Below, piece after piece: positions 19,248 to 28,541 of a DNA stretch of 64,000 nt. Position numbers and translations under genes: made by a program. The stretch is from Vulcanimicrobiota bacterium (lineage in GTDB: Bacteria > Vulcanimicrobiota > Xenobia > Xenobiales > JADMJV01). The notes below the pieces were generated by a model that was not told where the DNA came from, did no database searches, and saw nothing but the letters and a program-made list of their open reading frames with translations. The stretch lies in the NCBI GenBank assembly GCA_050250895.1, contig JBFWNU010000001.1:1480008-1544007 (forward strand), given 5' to 3'. The number at the start of each line of letters is the position of its first letter. The stretch's first letter is position 1.

Positions 19248-20452
19248 TCTCGCCGCATTTCGAGCGCCTGCTCTATGATGCCGACCTGACCAACTTCGAA
19301 ACCTACATCCGTCTGGCCGTCCAGGTCGGCTCGAGCGATGTTCACTTCGAGCCGATGCCGGGCGAGTTGCGCATTCGGCTACGCATTGAAGGAGAGCTGG
19401 CTGAAGCCGTGCGCTTGCCTCATCCAGGAGGCAACAAACCCCACCCCTGCGTGGTGCAGATCAAGGCCCGCAGTGACCTCAGCCTGCAGTCGCGAGTGCC
19501 CGAAGACGGCCGCTTCGACCTCATGGTCGAGGGCGCGCCCCTGAGCATGCGCGTGGCCACGATGCCTCAGGTTTGGGGCGAGAAGGTGGTCATTCGCATC
19601 TTCGACGTCAACCGTATCGAGTCGCTGACCGGATTGGGCTTTCGCGAACAGAACCTCAAATCTGTCCAGGATTTGGCCGACCGCAGTTCAGGCATGTTGC
19701 TGGTGACCGGACCCACGGGCTCGGGCAAGACCACCACCCTGTATTCGCTGCTGAACTATCTCAATCGACCCAGCCGCAACCTGGTGACGGTGGAAGATCC
19801 GGTCGAGTATTTTTTCTACGGTGTCAATCAGATCCAGGTTTCTCACCAGGGGGTAACCTTTCAGTCGGCTCTGCGGGCCCTGTTGCGTCACGACCCTGAC
19901 GTCATCATGCTGGGCGAGATTCGCGATCGCGAAACCGCCGAGACGGCCTTTCACGCGGCGACGACCGGTCACCTGGTCCTGACCACGGTGCACGCCAAAG
20001 ACTGCATTGGCGCCCTCATGCGCCTGCTCGACCTGGGCGTGCCGCCGCTGATTTTATCGCAGGTGGTCAACGGAGTGGTGGCTCAGCGCCTGGTGCCGCG
20101 GCTTTGCACCCACTGCGCCAAGCGTGATTACCATCCGCCCCTCGAGCAGATTCCGACCTACCACAGCGTGGGCTGCGAACGCTGTCTGCAAACTGGCTTT
20201 ATCGACCGCCAGGGGGTGCAAGAGCTGCTCGTGATGACCGACACGCTGCGCAAGATGCTGGCCTTCGAGACGCCCGAAGAAGAGTTTCATCTGGTAGCCC
20301 TCAAGGAGGGCATGGAAACGCTCAAAGAGGATGCCCTCTACAAGTCGATTTCGGGCACCATCAATTATCGAGATGCCATCGGGATCTCCGACGAGCCCCT
20401 CGACCGGATCGTGGCCGACATGCCGCGGCTGGCCGCCTATATGGAGTTATAG
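19244..20452 (+). CDS. GspE/PilB-family secretion/pilus ATPase (short form)
   Basis: SDVHFEP, Walker A GPTGSGKTT, EDPVEY, DPDVIMLGEIRD, TGHLVLTTVH, CTHC/CERC. Confidence 0.9.
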   Translation: MISPHFERLLYDADLTNFETYIRLAVQVGSSDVHFEPMPGELRIRLRIEGELAEAVRLPHPGGNKPHPCVVQIKARSDLSLQSRVPEDGRFDLMVEGAPLSMRVATMPQVWGEKVVIRIFDVNRIESLTGLGFREQNLKSVQDLADRSSGMLLVTGPTGSGKTTTLYSLLNYLNRPSRNLVTVEDPVEYFFYGVNQIQVSHQGVTFQSALRALLRHDPDVIMLGEIRDRETAETAFHAATTGHLVLTTVHAKDCIGALMRLLDLGVPPLILSQVVNGVVAQRLVPRLCTHCAKRDYHPPLEQIPTYHSVGCERCLQTGFIDRQGVQELLVMTDTLRKMLAFETPEEEFHLVALKEGMETLKEDALYKSISGTINYRDAIGISDEPLDRIVADMPRLAAYMEL

Positions 20453-21213
20453 AAAGCTTCGAGTCGCTCCATGGCGCGCTCGAGTTCTCGCGTAGCCGGA
20501 GTCGAGGGTTGATAGCCGAGCCGGTGATAAGCGCTACGCAAGCGCTCGAAGCTGGGGATGGTCTGGCTGACATCACTGTAGCCGGTCGCCTGGCGCTCGA
20601 AGGCTTCGGCCGCCAGCACCAACCGGCGCCAATCGTCGGGCCACACATTGTTGGGCTGGCCAGCTCCGAAGCGATAGCGTAGCCAGCCACGGTTGCCCAC
20701 TCGCCGGGCCGTGTCGTGAAGATTGCGAGCCTCGCGCAGCAAAGCCTGAGGATTTTCGAAGACGGCGGGGGCGACCGGGCCGGTTAACGGAAACGAGGCC
20801 AGGTGCTCTCCCGCCGGGGAGGCTTTGCCACCGAACCGGGCCCGCAGCTCCCGAAGCTGGTCTTCCAGGGCTTTGGCCTGGGCGACCAGGTCGTCGACGG
20901 GGTTTTGCAGGCCCGAGACCGAGCCGCTGGTTTGCAGGCCCCGCCGGGCGCTGGCCAGGGCGTCGATCTCGGGCCCTAGCCGATCGACTCCTCGGGCGGG
21001 CAGCGCCTCGGCCAGTCTCTGGCTAGCCTGGGCCAGGGCCTCGAGGTCCTGGCGGGCCAGACCCTGGCCCCAGGTGAGCTGGCCTCGATCGAGTTGGGCG
21101 GCCAGTTCGGTGGCCCGCTGGTTGAGGGTGTGACTGGTTTCTAACAACGTTTGGGCCCAGCCGGGACCGACCAGGCTGACGAGCAGGATCATGAGGATCG
21201 ATAGGTTTCGCAT
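20437..21213 (-). CDS. Hypothetical secreted helical protein
   Basis: Signal peptide MRNLSILMILLVSLVGPGWA. Confidence 0.65.
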   Translation of the reverse strand: MRNLSILMILLVSLVGPGWAQTLLETSHTLNQRATELAAQLDRGQLTWGQGLARQDLEALAQASQRLAEALPARGVDRLGPEIDALASARRGLQTSGSVSGLQNPVDDLVAQAKALEDQLRELRARFGGKASPAGEHLASFPLTGPVAPAVFENPQALLREARNLHDTARRVGNRGWLRYRFGAGQPNNVWPDDWRRLVLAAEAFERQATGYSDVSQTIPSFERLRSAYHRLGYQPSTPATRELERAMERLEAFYNSI

Positions 21214-21264
21214 ATCTCTATTATACCCAGAGGAAGTAAGTGGGGTTGCTCTGGTCGAAAGTGG

Positions 21265-21669
21265 ATGGCAATGGCTCAGGATTTTGCACGGATTTTTGAC
21301 CAGACCCGCGCCATCGCAGTGGTCGGCATCAGCGAGAAGCCATGGCGAGCCGGCCACTACGTGCCCGAATATCTGGCCCAGCAGGGCTTCCAGATTCTAG
21401 GGGTGACCCCCACCGGTCACAGTTCGCTGGCCGAGCAATCGGCCACGACCCTGGCGGGGTTGGAGCGGCCGGTCGAGCTGGTGTTGATGTTTCGCCGCAG
21501 CGATCAGGTTGGCGAGCACCTGGCCGATATTCTCAGCGTCGAGCCCCTGCCGCGAGTGGTCTGGATGCAGTCGGGCATTCGCAATGAGGTCTTCGCTCGG
21601 GCTTTGCAAGCGAGGGGGATCGAGGTGGTCAGCGACCGCTGCGCCATGGTCGAGCATCGACTGCTATGA
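21265..21669 (+). CDS. CoA-binding protein (YccU-like)
   Basis: IAVVGISEKP.R....V..YL...G, VWMQSGI, DRC..VE. Confidence 0.9.
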   Translation: MAMAQDFARIFDQTRAIAVVGISEKPWRAGHYVPEYLAQQGFQILGVTPTGHSSLAEQSATTLAGLERPVELVLMFRRSDQVGEHLADILSVEPLPRVVWMQSGIRNEVFARALQARGIEVVSDRCAMVEHRLL

Positions 21670-22304
21670 CACGTCGCTACAAATTTCACATCGATTTGCG
21701 CGCTTTGAATCGAGTCGCGCCACCCCAACGAGATGACGGCTTCCAGCTGTCTGAGCAGTTGCGTGAGCAGGTGGGCGATACCTCGCGTTGGGAGTTGTTG
21801 CAACGGGCCATCGAGGCGGTGCCAGAGCTGAGTAGCTGGTCGCCTGAGTGGCAGGACCCTCTGTTGGGCGAAGAGATGATGATGACCTACAACGCTTCTT
21901 TGCGCAGGGCCCGCTCGGCCAGACCCGGCGCCTACGAGCGCAACGCTATCAATTTCAACGTGTTCTTCGATTCTGACGGGATCAAACACGTGGTCTCGCG
22001 CCCGGTGCACGAGCCCCACGACCGCGTCTCTGAACTGATGATCAGTCCCAACGGCATCATCCTGCGGTTGGCTTACGAGCGCGTCACCGGGCCGCGACAG
22101 AACACCGACGACCTTTTCGAAGATGGCCTGTGCGCCCTCGATAGTGACGAAGAAGCTCACCGTTTCGTGCGCTATCCTGGCTATGAACTGCGCCAGGAAC
22201 GCTTCGAGCCCGAGCAAGAGACGCTGGTCGACGTGCTCGAGCAGGTGTTGTTCTATGATCTCGAGCGCCGCGAACTGGCGGTGCGCCCGGTCGCCCCCGA
22301 CTAG
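21666..22304 (+). CDS. Hypothetical protein
   Basis: ATGA-coupled to the upstream gene, 212 aa. Confidence 0.6.
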   Translation: MTRRYKFHIDLRALNRVAPPQRDDGFQLSEQLREQVGDTSRWELLQRAIEAVPELSSWSPEWQDPLLGEEMMMTYNASLRRARSARPGAYERNAINFNVFFDSDGIKHVVSRPVHEPHDRVSELMISPNGIILRLAYERVTGPRQNTDDLFEDGLCALDSDEEAHRFVRYPGYELRQERFEPEQETLVDVLEQVLFYDLERRELAVRPVAPD

Positions 22305-23002
22305 ATGACGTCGTTGAATTCGGTGCCCGGGATGATGGGGTTGTTGAACAGGTCGAACACGCCCACGGCCTTGCTCATCATCGAGGTGAGTTCTTTGCCG
22401 AACTTGGCTCCGGCCCAGGGATCTTCGGGCTCTTTCTTGGGACCGTTGCGCAGGCCCTGGAAGGCTTCCAGGAACAGGCGATAGTCCGCCCGGCGGTAGG
22501 GCTCGTCGCCGGTGAACTGGCCCAGTTGATCTTGCACCACTTTCGAGAGACGACTGACCATGTTTGCCAGCTTGCCGGTGGTGGTGTGAGGGCCTTCGGT
22601 TGGACCGTGGTCGGCCAGGAAGCGAGCCTGGATTTCGCGGCTGTTGTCGCTAAACGAGGCGCGCAGCAACTCCTGGCGCTCGTGGCGGGGGCGCTCGAAG
22701 CGGTGAGCCTTGCGAGCTTCTTTGTTCTCTTTGCCAGCGGCCGCGCCGGTGGCACCGAGGGCGGGGCGCTCGATAGCCGATTGGTAGCGGCGGCGACGCC
22801 GAACCTTGGGGGTTTCGGTGAAGGTGCCGGTGAGCGCGCCCTGGGTGGCCGCTTGCGAGCTGCTGCCGCCCTGGGACACATCAGCACTAGCCGAGGCGAG
22901 AACACGCTGGGAGCGAGTGCTCTTGCGAGTCCCTTTGGGACTCATCATCTGGGCTTGGCCGGTGTTGGCCGCCATCATGGTCGCGTTCTGGTTGACGTTC
23001 AT
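22301..23002 (-). CDS. Hypothetical protein with low-complexity basic N-terminus
   Basis: GGGGGAG RBS before ATG; 233 aa. Confidence 0.65.
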   Translation of the reverse strand: MNVNQNATMMAANTGQAQMMSPKGTRKSTRSQRVLASASADVSQGGSSSQAATQGALTGTFTETPKVRRRRRYQSAIERPALGATGAAAGKENKEARKAHRFERPRHERQELLRASFSDNSREIQARFLADHGPTEGPHTTTGKLANMVSRLSKVVQDQLGQFTGDEPYRRADYRLFLEAFQGLRNGPKKEPEDPWAGAKFGKELTSMMSKAVGVFDLFNNPIIPGTEFNDVI

Positions 23003-23161
23003 GGCTCCCCCCTATAGTAGCCCGAAGCAAGTCTCGAGGCGAGGCCCGTTTGTAACAGCGAGGCACATGATGTTGACTTTTTGTTAACCGTTGTTGAGAA
23101 ATTGTTACAGCTGGCAGGGGTGGGGGGATGGGATCCGGGGGGTTCTGTCAAAGGGACAGTC

Positions 23162-23899
23162 ATGGCCGCAGACAGTGTTCCTATAACGGTTTGGAAGCCC
23201 CTCGAAACCTGCCTGGAAGAACTCAAATCCATTCTCTCCCAGGATCTTCTGGCAGTGGTGCTCTACGGCAGCGCAGCCCGAGGCGATTTTGCCGCCGGAA
23301 CCTCGGACCTCAACTTGATGGTAGTGACCCGCTCTTTCTCGACCCATCAATTACGCGAGGTCACCGCCACCATCCAGGCCGCCTGGCGGGCCGTCCGGCT
23401 CGATCCCTTCATCCTGACCCTGGAGGAATTGCGGCGTTCGGCCGACGTTTTTCCCCTGCGCTACCACGAGATCAAGAGTTGCTATCGCCTGCTGGCCGGT
23501 GAGGACGTGCTCGAGGACATCTTCGTGCACGACGAGCACTTGCGTTTGGCCTGCGAGCGAGAAGCCAAGCAGATGGTGCTCAGGTTGCGCCAGCTGTACA
23601 TGCTCAGAGCCGGCCTGCGGCCGGCTCTGAGAGAGACGTTGATCTCGACCATCAACCCATTCTTGCGGCTGTTGGCCGTGGCCCTGCAATTGACCGGCAA
23701 GAATCCCCCCGAGGATCTCGAGCAGATGTTGGAACTGGCCAGCCGCGAACTCGAGGTTCCGGCCGATGCGCTCTTTCGGGTGTGGTCGTTGCGATTTTCC
23801 ACCCAACCAACAGAAGAGGCGATCCTGACAGGCCTCTATGAACAGTTCATAGAGTGCGCCGTCGGGCTCGCCTCTTACGTTGACCGTCTAGGGGTCTAG
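23162..23899 (+). CDS. Nucleotidyltransferase (Pol-beta superfamily) domain protein
   Basis: VVLYGSAARGDF...SDLNLMVV; helical C-terminal domain. Confidence 0.8.
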   Translation: MAADSVPITVWKPLETCLEELKSILSQDLLAVVLYGSAARGDFAAGTSDLNLMVVTRSFSTHQLREVTATIQAAWRAVRLDPFILTLEELRRSADVFPLRYHEIKSCYRLLAGEDVLEDIFVHDEHLRLACEREAKQMVLRLRQLYMLRAGLRPALRETLISTINPFLRLLAVALQLTGKNPPEDLEQMLELASRELEVPADALFRVWSLRFSTQPTEEAILTGLYEQFIECAVGLASYVDRLGV

Positions 23900-23900
23900 C

Positions 23901-24518
23901 TTAGAGCCGGTCGTTGCTGGTCTCTTGGGGACCGCGGGTGCCGGGCACGACCTGGGCATTGGCGGCTTCGCCGACATTGCCGACTTTGTCGGTCTCGTTG
24001 ACGTTGCCGACCGCTGGCGTGCCGGCGATGCCGGCTGCGCCCTGCGCGGCTGAATCCGAGCCGGCCGCCTCGGTGGCCTTACTGCCATGGCCCTGGCTGG
24101 CGGCTTCAGACCCGCCCACCTGACCGGCCGAGTCGTCGGTGCTCTGACTGCTCTCGCGGCTGCTGTTGCCCGACCCGCTCGAACTGGCTCCGCTATAGGT
24201 GTCGTAGAGCGACTGAAGATTGTTGTTGGTGTTGGTCTCTTGCACGCCGCCGACCTGTTGGGTCGAGGACAGTTGCTGAGCTTCGGGCGATAGCCCAGCC
24301 GAGTCTTGAATGTTCTGAGCGCCGGCCGCGGCGGCAGCCGCTCCTCCGACCTCGCCGACCTTGCCGTCGTCTTCACCGGCGCCACCGGCTGCCGGGGCCT
24401 GGAAGCGCTGGCTGAGGGCGGCGGCGCCTTGAGAACCGCCTGCTCCGATAGAGAGATCGCTCGAGCCGCCTTTGGACCCGATCGCTCCGATTGCCATATC
24501 ATCTTTGTGGTGGGACAT
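23901..24518 (-). CDS. Low-complexity Gly/Ala/Ser-rich hypothetical protein
   Basis: Strong GAGGAGG RBS before ATG 24518; the longer listed ORF extension is an antisense shadow. Confidence 0.65.
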   Translation of the reverse strand: MSHHKDDMAIGAIGSKGGSSDLSIGAGGSQGAAALSQRFQAPAAGGAGEDDGKVGEVGGAAAAAAGAQNIQDSAGLSPEAQQLSSTQQVGGVQETNTNNNLQSLYDTYSGASSSGSGNSSRESSQSTDDSAGQVGGSEAASQGHGSKATEAAGSDSAAQGAAGIAGTPAVGNVNETDKVGNVGEAANAQVVPGTRGPQETSNDRL

Positions 24519-24716
24519 CAAATCCTCCTCTGGTTGCCTGCAAAAGCAGTATATCTCAAGGGTCGAGCGACTGTCTCGAATTTCCAGGAAAGTTAACTCA
24601 TGGCAACAACTCGCGGATCTTTTAACATGTTGGAAACACTTTTGGCTGGACAAGGACTCTCGTCGAAACTGTCTCTGACGGCAGCGGTGAGACGGGGCGA
24701 GGTGAAGTGAGATGGT

Positions 24717-25223
24717 ATGGGACGACGTTTGAGCCTGCGCCAGGCTTCCGAGCAACTGGGCGTGCATAAGAATCGATTGTGGCGGGCGATCAAGAGTGGC
24801 CAGCTTCGAGCCGAGCTGCAAGAGCGAGGCGGACGCAGTACCTATAAGGTGGATGATGACGAACTGGCCCGCTGGGCTGGCGAGTTTCTCTCGTCGGGCG
24901 AGTTCGAGACGGTGCGAGCCGAGTCGAAACGAGGCGAGACGGTCCCGCTCGAGGTGCACCTGGCCTTGCAGCAACAAGTGGACGGACTGATCGAGGAGCT
25001 TCGTCGGGCCGAACGCCGGTTGGTCGCGGTGCAGTTGGCGTTCGCGACCGAGCAGCAGGTCCTGGCCGAGACTCAGCAGGCCCTCTTCGAGGCCCGGAGC
25101 CACCTCGACAGCGATCCGGCTCCCATCCTGGCCCAAGAACTCAAGGCGGCCCGCACCGAGTTGGCCCGTTGGGAAAAGCAGCGGCGCAGCCAGACCTGGT
25201 GGAGCACCATCCTTCGAGCCTAG
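24717..25223 (+). CDS. HTH DNA-binding protein with C-terminal coiled coil
   Basis: LSLRQASEQLGVHKNRLWRAIKSGQL; coiled coil ending WW..IL. Confidence 0.75.
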   Translation: MGRRLSLRQASEQLGVHKNRLWRAIKSGQLRAELQERGGRSTYKVDDDELARWAGEFLSSGEFETVRAESKRGETVPLEVHLALQQQVDGLIEELRRAERRLVAVQLAFATEQQVLAETQQALFEARSHLDSDPAPILAQELKAARTELARWEKQRRSQTWWSTILRA

Positions 25224-25267
25224 TGTTCCAAAGGGGAACGTGCCTGCCGTCGTGAACCCATCGTGAG

Positions 25268-25915
25268 ATGTCCGAATCGACCGAGATGTACCTGCTCACT
25301 ATCTATAAGCTCAACGAGCAACATGGTAGAGCCGGCAACACCCTGATGGCCAATTGGCTCGGAGTGAGCACGGCCTCGATCACCGAGATGGTCAAGAAGT
25401 TGGCCGAAAAGGGCCTGGTCGAGCGCAAGGGCCGCGGGCTTTATCTCAAGCCCGCCGGAGAGAAGATCGCGCTGCGAGTCATCCGCAAGCACCGCCTGGC
25501 CGAGCGTTTTCTGACCGACCACCTGGGCATCCCCTGGGACCATGCTCACGACCAGGCGTGTCGCCTCGAACACATACTATCTGATCAGGTGGTCAACGCT
25601 CTGGAAGAATTCCTGGACTATCCGGCCACCTGTCCCCACGGGCATCCCATTCCCGACCGTGACGGGCGCCTGGAGTATACCGAGAGCCCCAGGCTGCACG
25701 ACCACCCCGAAGGGCGAGTGGTCGAGGTGGAACGGGTTAGCGAAGAGTCGGCCGAGGTGCTGCGTTACTTAGAAGAGATCGGGCTCAAGCCGGGCTGTCG
25801 GCTGACCATCGAGAAGGTGGCCCCTTTCGAAGGACCCCTGCTGGTGCGCGTGGGTGAGGCAGCCCTGCCCTTGAGTCGGGAGATTGCTGGAAAGATCTGG
25901 GCCAGGGCAACATGA
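25268..25915 (+). CDS. DtxR/IdeR/MntR-family metal-dependent regulator with FeoA domain
   Basis: EMYL..IYKL, KHRLAERFL, ACRLEH, CPHGHPIP, SH3/FeoA C-terminus. Confidence 0.93.
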   Translation: MSESTEMYLLTIYKLNEQHGRAGNTLMANWLGVSTASITEMVKKLAEKGLVERKGRGLYLKPAGEKIALRVIRKHRLAERFLTDHLGIPWDHAHDQACRLEHILSDQVVNALEEFLDYPATCPHGHPIPDRDGRLEYTESPRLHDHPEGRVVEVERVSEESAEVLRYLEEIGLKPGCRLTIEKVAPFEGPLLVRVGEAALPLSREIAGKIWARAT

Positions 25916-26039
25916 TTGAAACAAAATCTCGCGAGATAGTTACCTGGTTAACATAGTTGTAACTTCAGGCGTTTGGCAACCCCCTCCCCCTTCGATACAC
26001 TAAAGGCAATTAACCGACACGAAAGGGGACTACCTAGAA

Positions 26040-26387
26040 ATGGGTAAAGTCAAAAATCAGCCTAACATCAACATCAACATCGTCAACAGCGGCAACAGCT
26101 TCAACGGCGCCAACGGTGCCAACAGCCTCTTCGGCGGACAGCCCGGCTGCGGTGGTTGCAACGGCGCTCACGGCCCCCACGGTCCTCGCGGCGCTCGCAT
26201 GCGCGCGATGCGCAACCTTCACAAATTGGCCCACGTCCTCAACGGCGGCGGCCCTGGTCACGGACACGGAAACTGCTTCGGCTGCGGCAACCCCGGCTTT
26301 GGCGGCCTGGGCGGTGGCTTCGGTGGCGGCTTCCAGGTGGCCGGCAGCTTCAAAATGGGTGTAGGCGGCTTCCTCGGCCTCGGCTAG
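26040..26387 (+). CDS. Gly/Cys/His-rich small protein, paralog 1
   Basis: GAAAGGGG RBS, biased codon use, own terminator, clear paralogy with 26621-27010. Confidence 0.8.
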   Translation: MGKVKNQPNININIVNSGNSFNGANGANSLFGGQPGCGGCNGAHGPHGPRGARMRAMRNLHKLAHVLNGGGPGHGHGNCFGCGNPGFGGLGGGFGGGFQVAGSFKMGVGGFLGLG

Positions 26388-26417
26388 CTAGAACCCCTCG
26401 ATACCAGCACTGAAAGG

Positions 26418-26447
26418 GCCTCTTGTCTTCGGACAGGGGGCTTTTTT
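26418..26447 (+). terminator. Intrinsic terminator
   Basis: 10-bp stem with cUUCGg loop followed by T6. Confidence 0.85.
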
Positions 26448-26620
26448 GCGTTGGGCAGAGGTTGGTTCGGGCGGCGGAGAGTTTACAGAAAACGAAGAAT
26501 AGTTAACGGTCTGTTTACAATGGCAACCTGGTTGTCACAAAAACGGGTGGGTACCGCCTGGGATTTGGCCTACTATCATCTCAAGCAAGACAAACAAATT
26601 GCACGAAGGAGCTTGGAGTA

Positions 26621-27010
26621 ATGGGCAAAGTTAAACAGCAACCGGGAATCAACATCAACATCATCAACAGCGGCAACAGCTATGGCGCCAACGGCGCTCA
26701 GGGCGCCCAGGGCCAGAACCCCCTGCAGTCCCTGTTCGGTGGACAAGGTGGATGTTGTGGCGGTCCTAAGGGTGCGATGCACCGCCGCATGCATGCGATG
26801 CGTAATCTGGCCAAAGTGGCTGGCGCGCTCGGTGGTGGCGGTGGTTGCCAGAGCTGTATGGGTGCCGGTCACCCGAATTTCGGCGGACTTCACGGAGCTA
26901 TGAACCTGGGTGGCGGCCTGGGCGGCGGTTTCGGCGGCGGTCTCGGCGGTGGCTTCCAGGTAGCCGGTAGTTTCAAAATGGCGGCCGGTGGCTTCCTCGG
27001 AATGGCCTAG
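26621..27010 (+). CDS. Gly/Cys/His-rich small protein, paralog 2
   Basis: AAGGAG/GGAG RBS; shares MGKVK.QP.ININI.NSGNS and GGGFQVAGSFKM..GGFLG with paralog 1. Confidence 0.8.
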   Translation: MGKVKQQPGININIINSGNSYGANGAQGAQGQNPLQSLFGGQGGCCGGPKGAMHRRMHAMRNLAKVAGALGGGGGCQSCMGAGHPNFGGLHGAMNLGGGLGGGFGGGLGGGFQVAGSFKMAAGGFLGMA

Positions 27011-27034
27011 CAACTAGAATTTGATGTGGTCTCG

Positions 27035-27061
27035 AAAGGCCGCCCCAAGGGCGGCCTTTTT
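27035..27061 (+). terminator. Intrinsic terminator
   Basis: aaaggccgccc-caa-gggcggccttt plus T-run. Confidence 0.85.
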
Positions 27062-27104
27062 GCTGTTTGTTTTACCCGGTGGCCGCCGGGGCAAGTAAAC
27101 GGGG

Positions 27105-27413
27105 ATGACTTTTGACGAACCAGACTTTGAAGCCCTGGCCAAGAATTGGCTAAGGGTGGACCCCCGCACCAGCGCTCAGGATGCCCAACTCCAAGCCCGC
27201 ATTCAAGCACGGCTGGCCGCCGCCCTGGCCGAACGTCGGCGGCAGGTGCGAGCCGCCGCCCAGGACGAGGGTGGTGACCTGGTAGTTTCGATCGACCGCA
27301 GCCGCCTCTGTCCCGAGACCGGCCTCGATCTGTCCGCCCTGGCCGAGCTGGCGGGTTTTGTGGAAGAGCTCAGCGAGGGTCCGAAATCCGATTCAGAATC
27401 TGAGGATCAATAG
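27105..27413 (+). CDS. Hypothetical protein
   Basis: 102-aa ORF filling the gap, GGGG upstream of ATG. Confidence 0.5.
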   Translation: MTFDEPDFEALAKNWLRVDPRTSAQDAQLQARIQARLAAALAERRRQVRAAAQDEGGDLVVSIDRSRLCPETGLDLSALAELAGFVEELSEGPKSDSESEDQ

Positions 27414-27505
27414 GGTTTAGACTTTCCTCCGAGGCGACAGAATAATGGATACGCACGTCAGTTCGTGCGAAAGTTTTTGACCACACAGAAAGACGAGGAC
27501 GAGCA

Positions 27506-28438
27506 ATGAGGATCGGAGTGCTGCGAGGCCGGGAAGAATCTTTTCCTGAAGCTATTATCGCCTGTATCAATGCTAGAGACGAGGATGTGACGGCCGAGTT
27601 CGTGCATCTCGGCGGAACGAGCATGGGAGAGGAGTGTCCCTATGACGTGATCATGGACCGCATCTCTCACGAGGTTCCCTACTATCAGGTTTATCTCAAG
27701 CAGGCTTCGATGCAGGGCACTTACGTCGTCAACAATCCCTTCTGGATGAACGTCGACGACAAGTTCTTCGGCTACTCGCTGGCTCAGAAGATGGGAATCC
27801 CGGTTCCCAAGACGGTGGTGCTGCCCAACAAAGAATACATCGCGGACATCAACGCCAAATCACTGCGCAACCTCTGGCCCATCGACTGGAACCTGCGCCT
27901 GCAGGAAGTCGGCCTGCCCTGCATCATGAAGCCGGCCTTCGGCGGCGGCTGGAAGAACGTCACCAAGATCACCTCGGTCGAGCAGGCCATCGAGACCTAT
28001 CAGCAGTCGGGCGACCTGACCATGATGCTGCAAGAGTTCATCGACTGGGATGACTACATCCGCTGCTTGTGCATCGGCCGCAAGTATGCCCGCTCCATTC
28101 GTTATATCCCTCGTCCGATGGGCATGGGAGAATACGTTCAGGACCTGAGCGTGCTCAACCCCGAGCATGCCCGCAAGGCCGAAGAGTACAGCCTCATGTT
28201 CAACGAGGTGCTGGGCTACGACATGAACGCTCTCGAATTCGCTATCAAAGACGACATCGTTTATGCTATCGACATCACCAACTACGTCTGTGACATGGAC
28301 TATAAGTCGCTCAAGGACGCTCACTTTGGCTGGGCCGTCGAGCACATGTCCGACTTCCTCATCGAGATGGCCCGCGAAAAACAGGTCAATCACCCGGCCG
28401 CCAATTGGGCCCGCATTCCCGAGTTCACCCTGGCCTAG
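27506..28438 (+). CDS. RimK/glutathione synthetase-like ATP-grasp ligase
   Basis: DRISH, VNNPFW...DDKFF, VPKT, MKP..GGGWK.V, LQEFI, EFA. Confidence 0.85.
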   Translation: MRIGVLRGREESFPEAIIACINARDEDVTAEFVHLGGTSMGEECPYDVIMDRISHEVPYYQVYLKQASMQGTYVVNNPFWMNVDDKFFGYSLAQKMGIPVPKTVVLPNKEYIADINAKSLRNLWPIDWNLRLQEVGLPCIMKPAFGGGWKNVTKITSVEQAIETYQQSGDLTMMLQEFIDWDDYIRCLCIGRKYARSIRYIPRPMGMGEYVQDLSVLNPEHARKAEEYSLMFNEVLGYDMNALEFAIKDDIVYAIDITNYVCDMDYKSLKDAHFGWAVEHMSDFLIEMAREKQVNHPAANWARIPEFTLA

Positions 28439-28457
28439 CTCTCTCAGGCTGAATCCG

Positions 28458-28490
28458 ACAGGCCTCGCACGCGAGTGTGGGGCCTGTTTT
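28458..28490 (+). terminator. Intrinsic terminator
   Basis: acaggcctcgcac-gcga-gtgtggggcctgt plus TTT. Confidence 0.75.
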
Positions 28491-28541
28491 GTTTCCCCTT
28501 CTCGGCGGAGGGAAGCTCCATGGGTCCAAGAATTTTTCGGT

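Noticed and set aside
26040-28438. Gly-rich peptides as graspetide precursors for the nearby ATP-grasp ligase
   Set aside because: The peptides lack Asp/Glu acceptors, are separated from the ligase by terminators, and the ligase looks like a RimK/GshB-type enzyme
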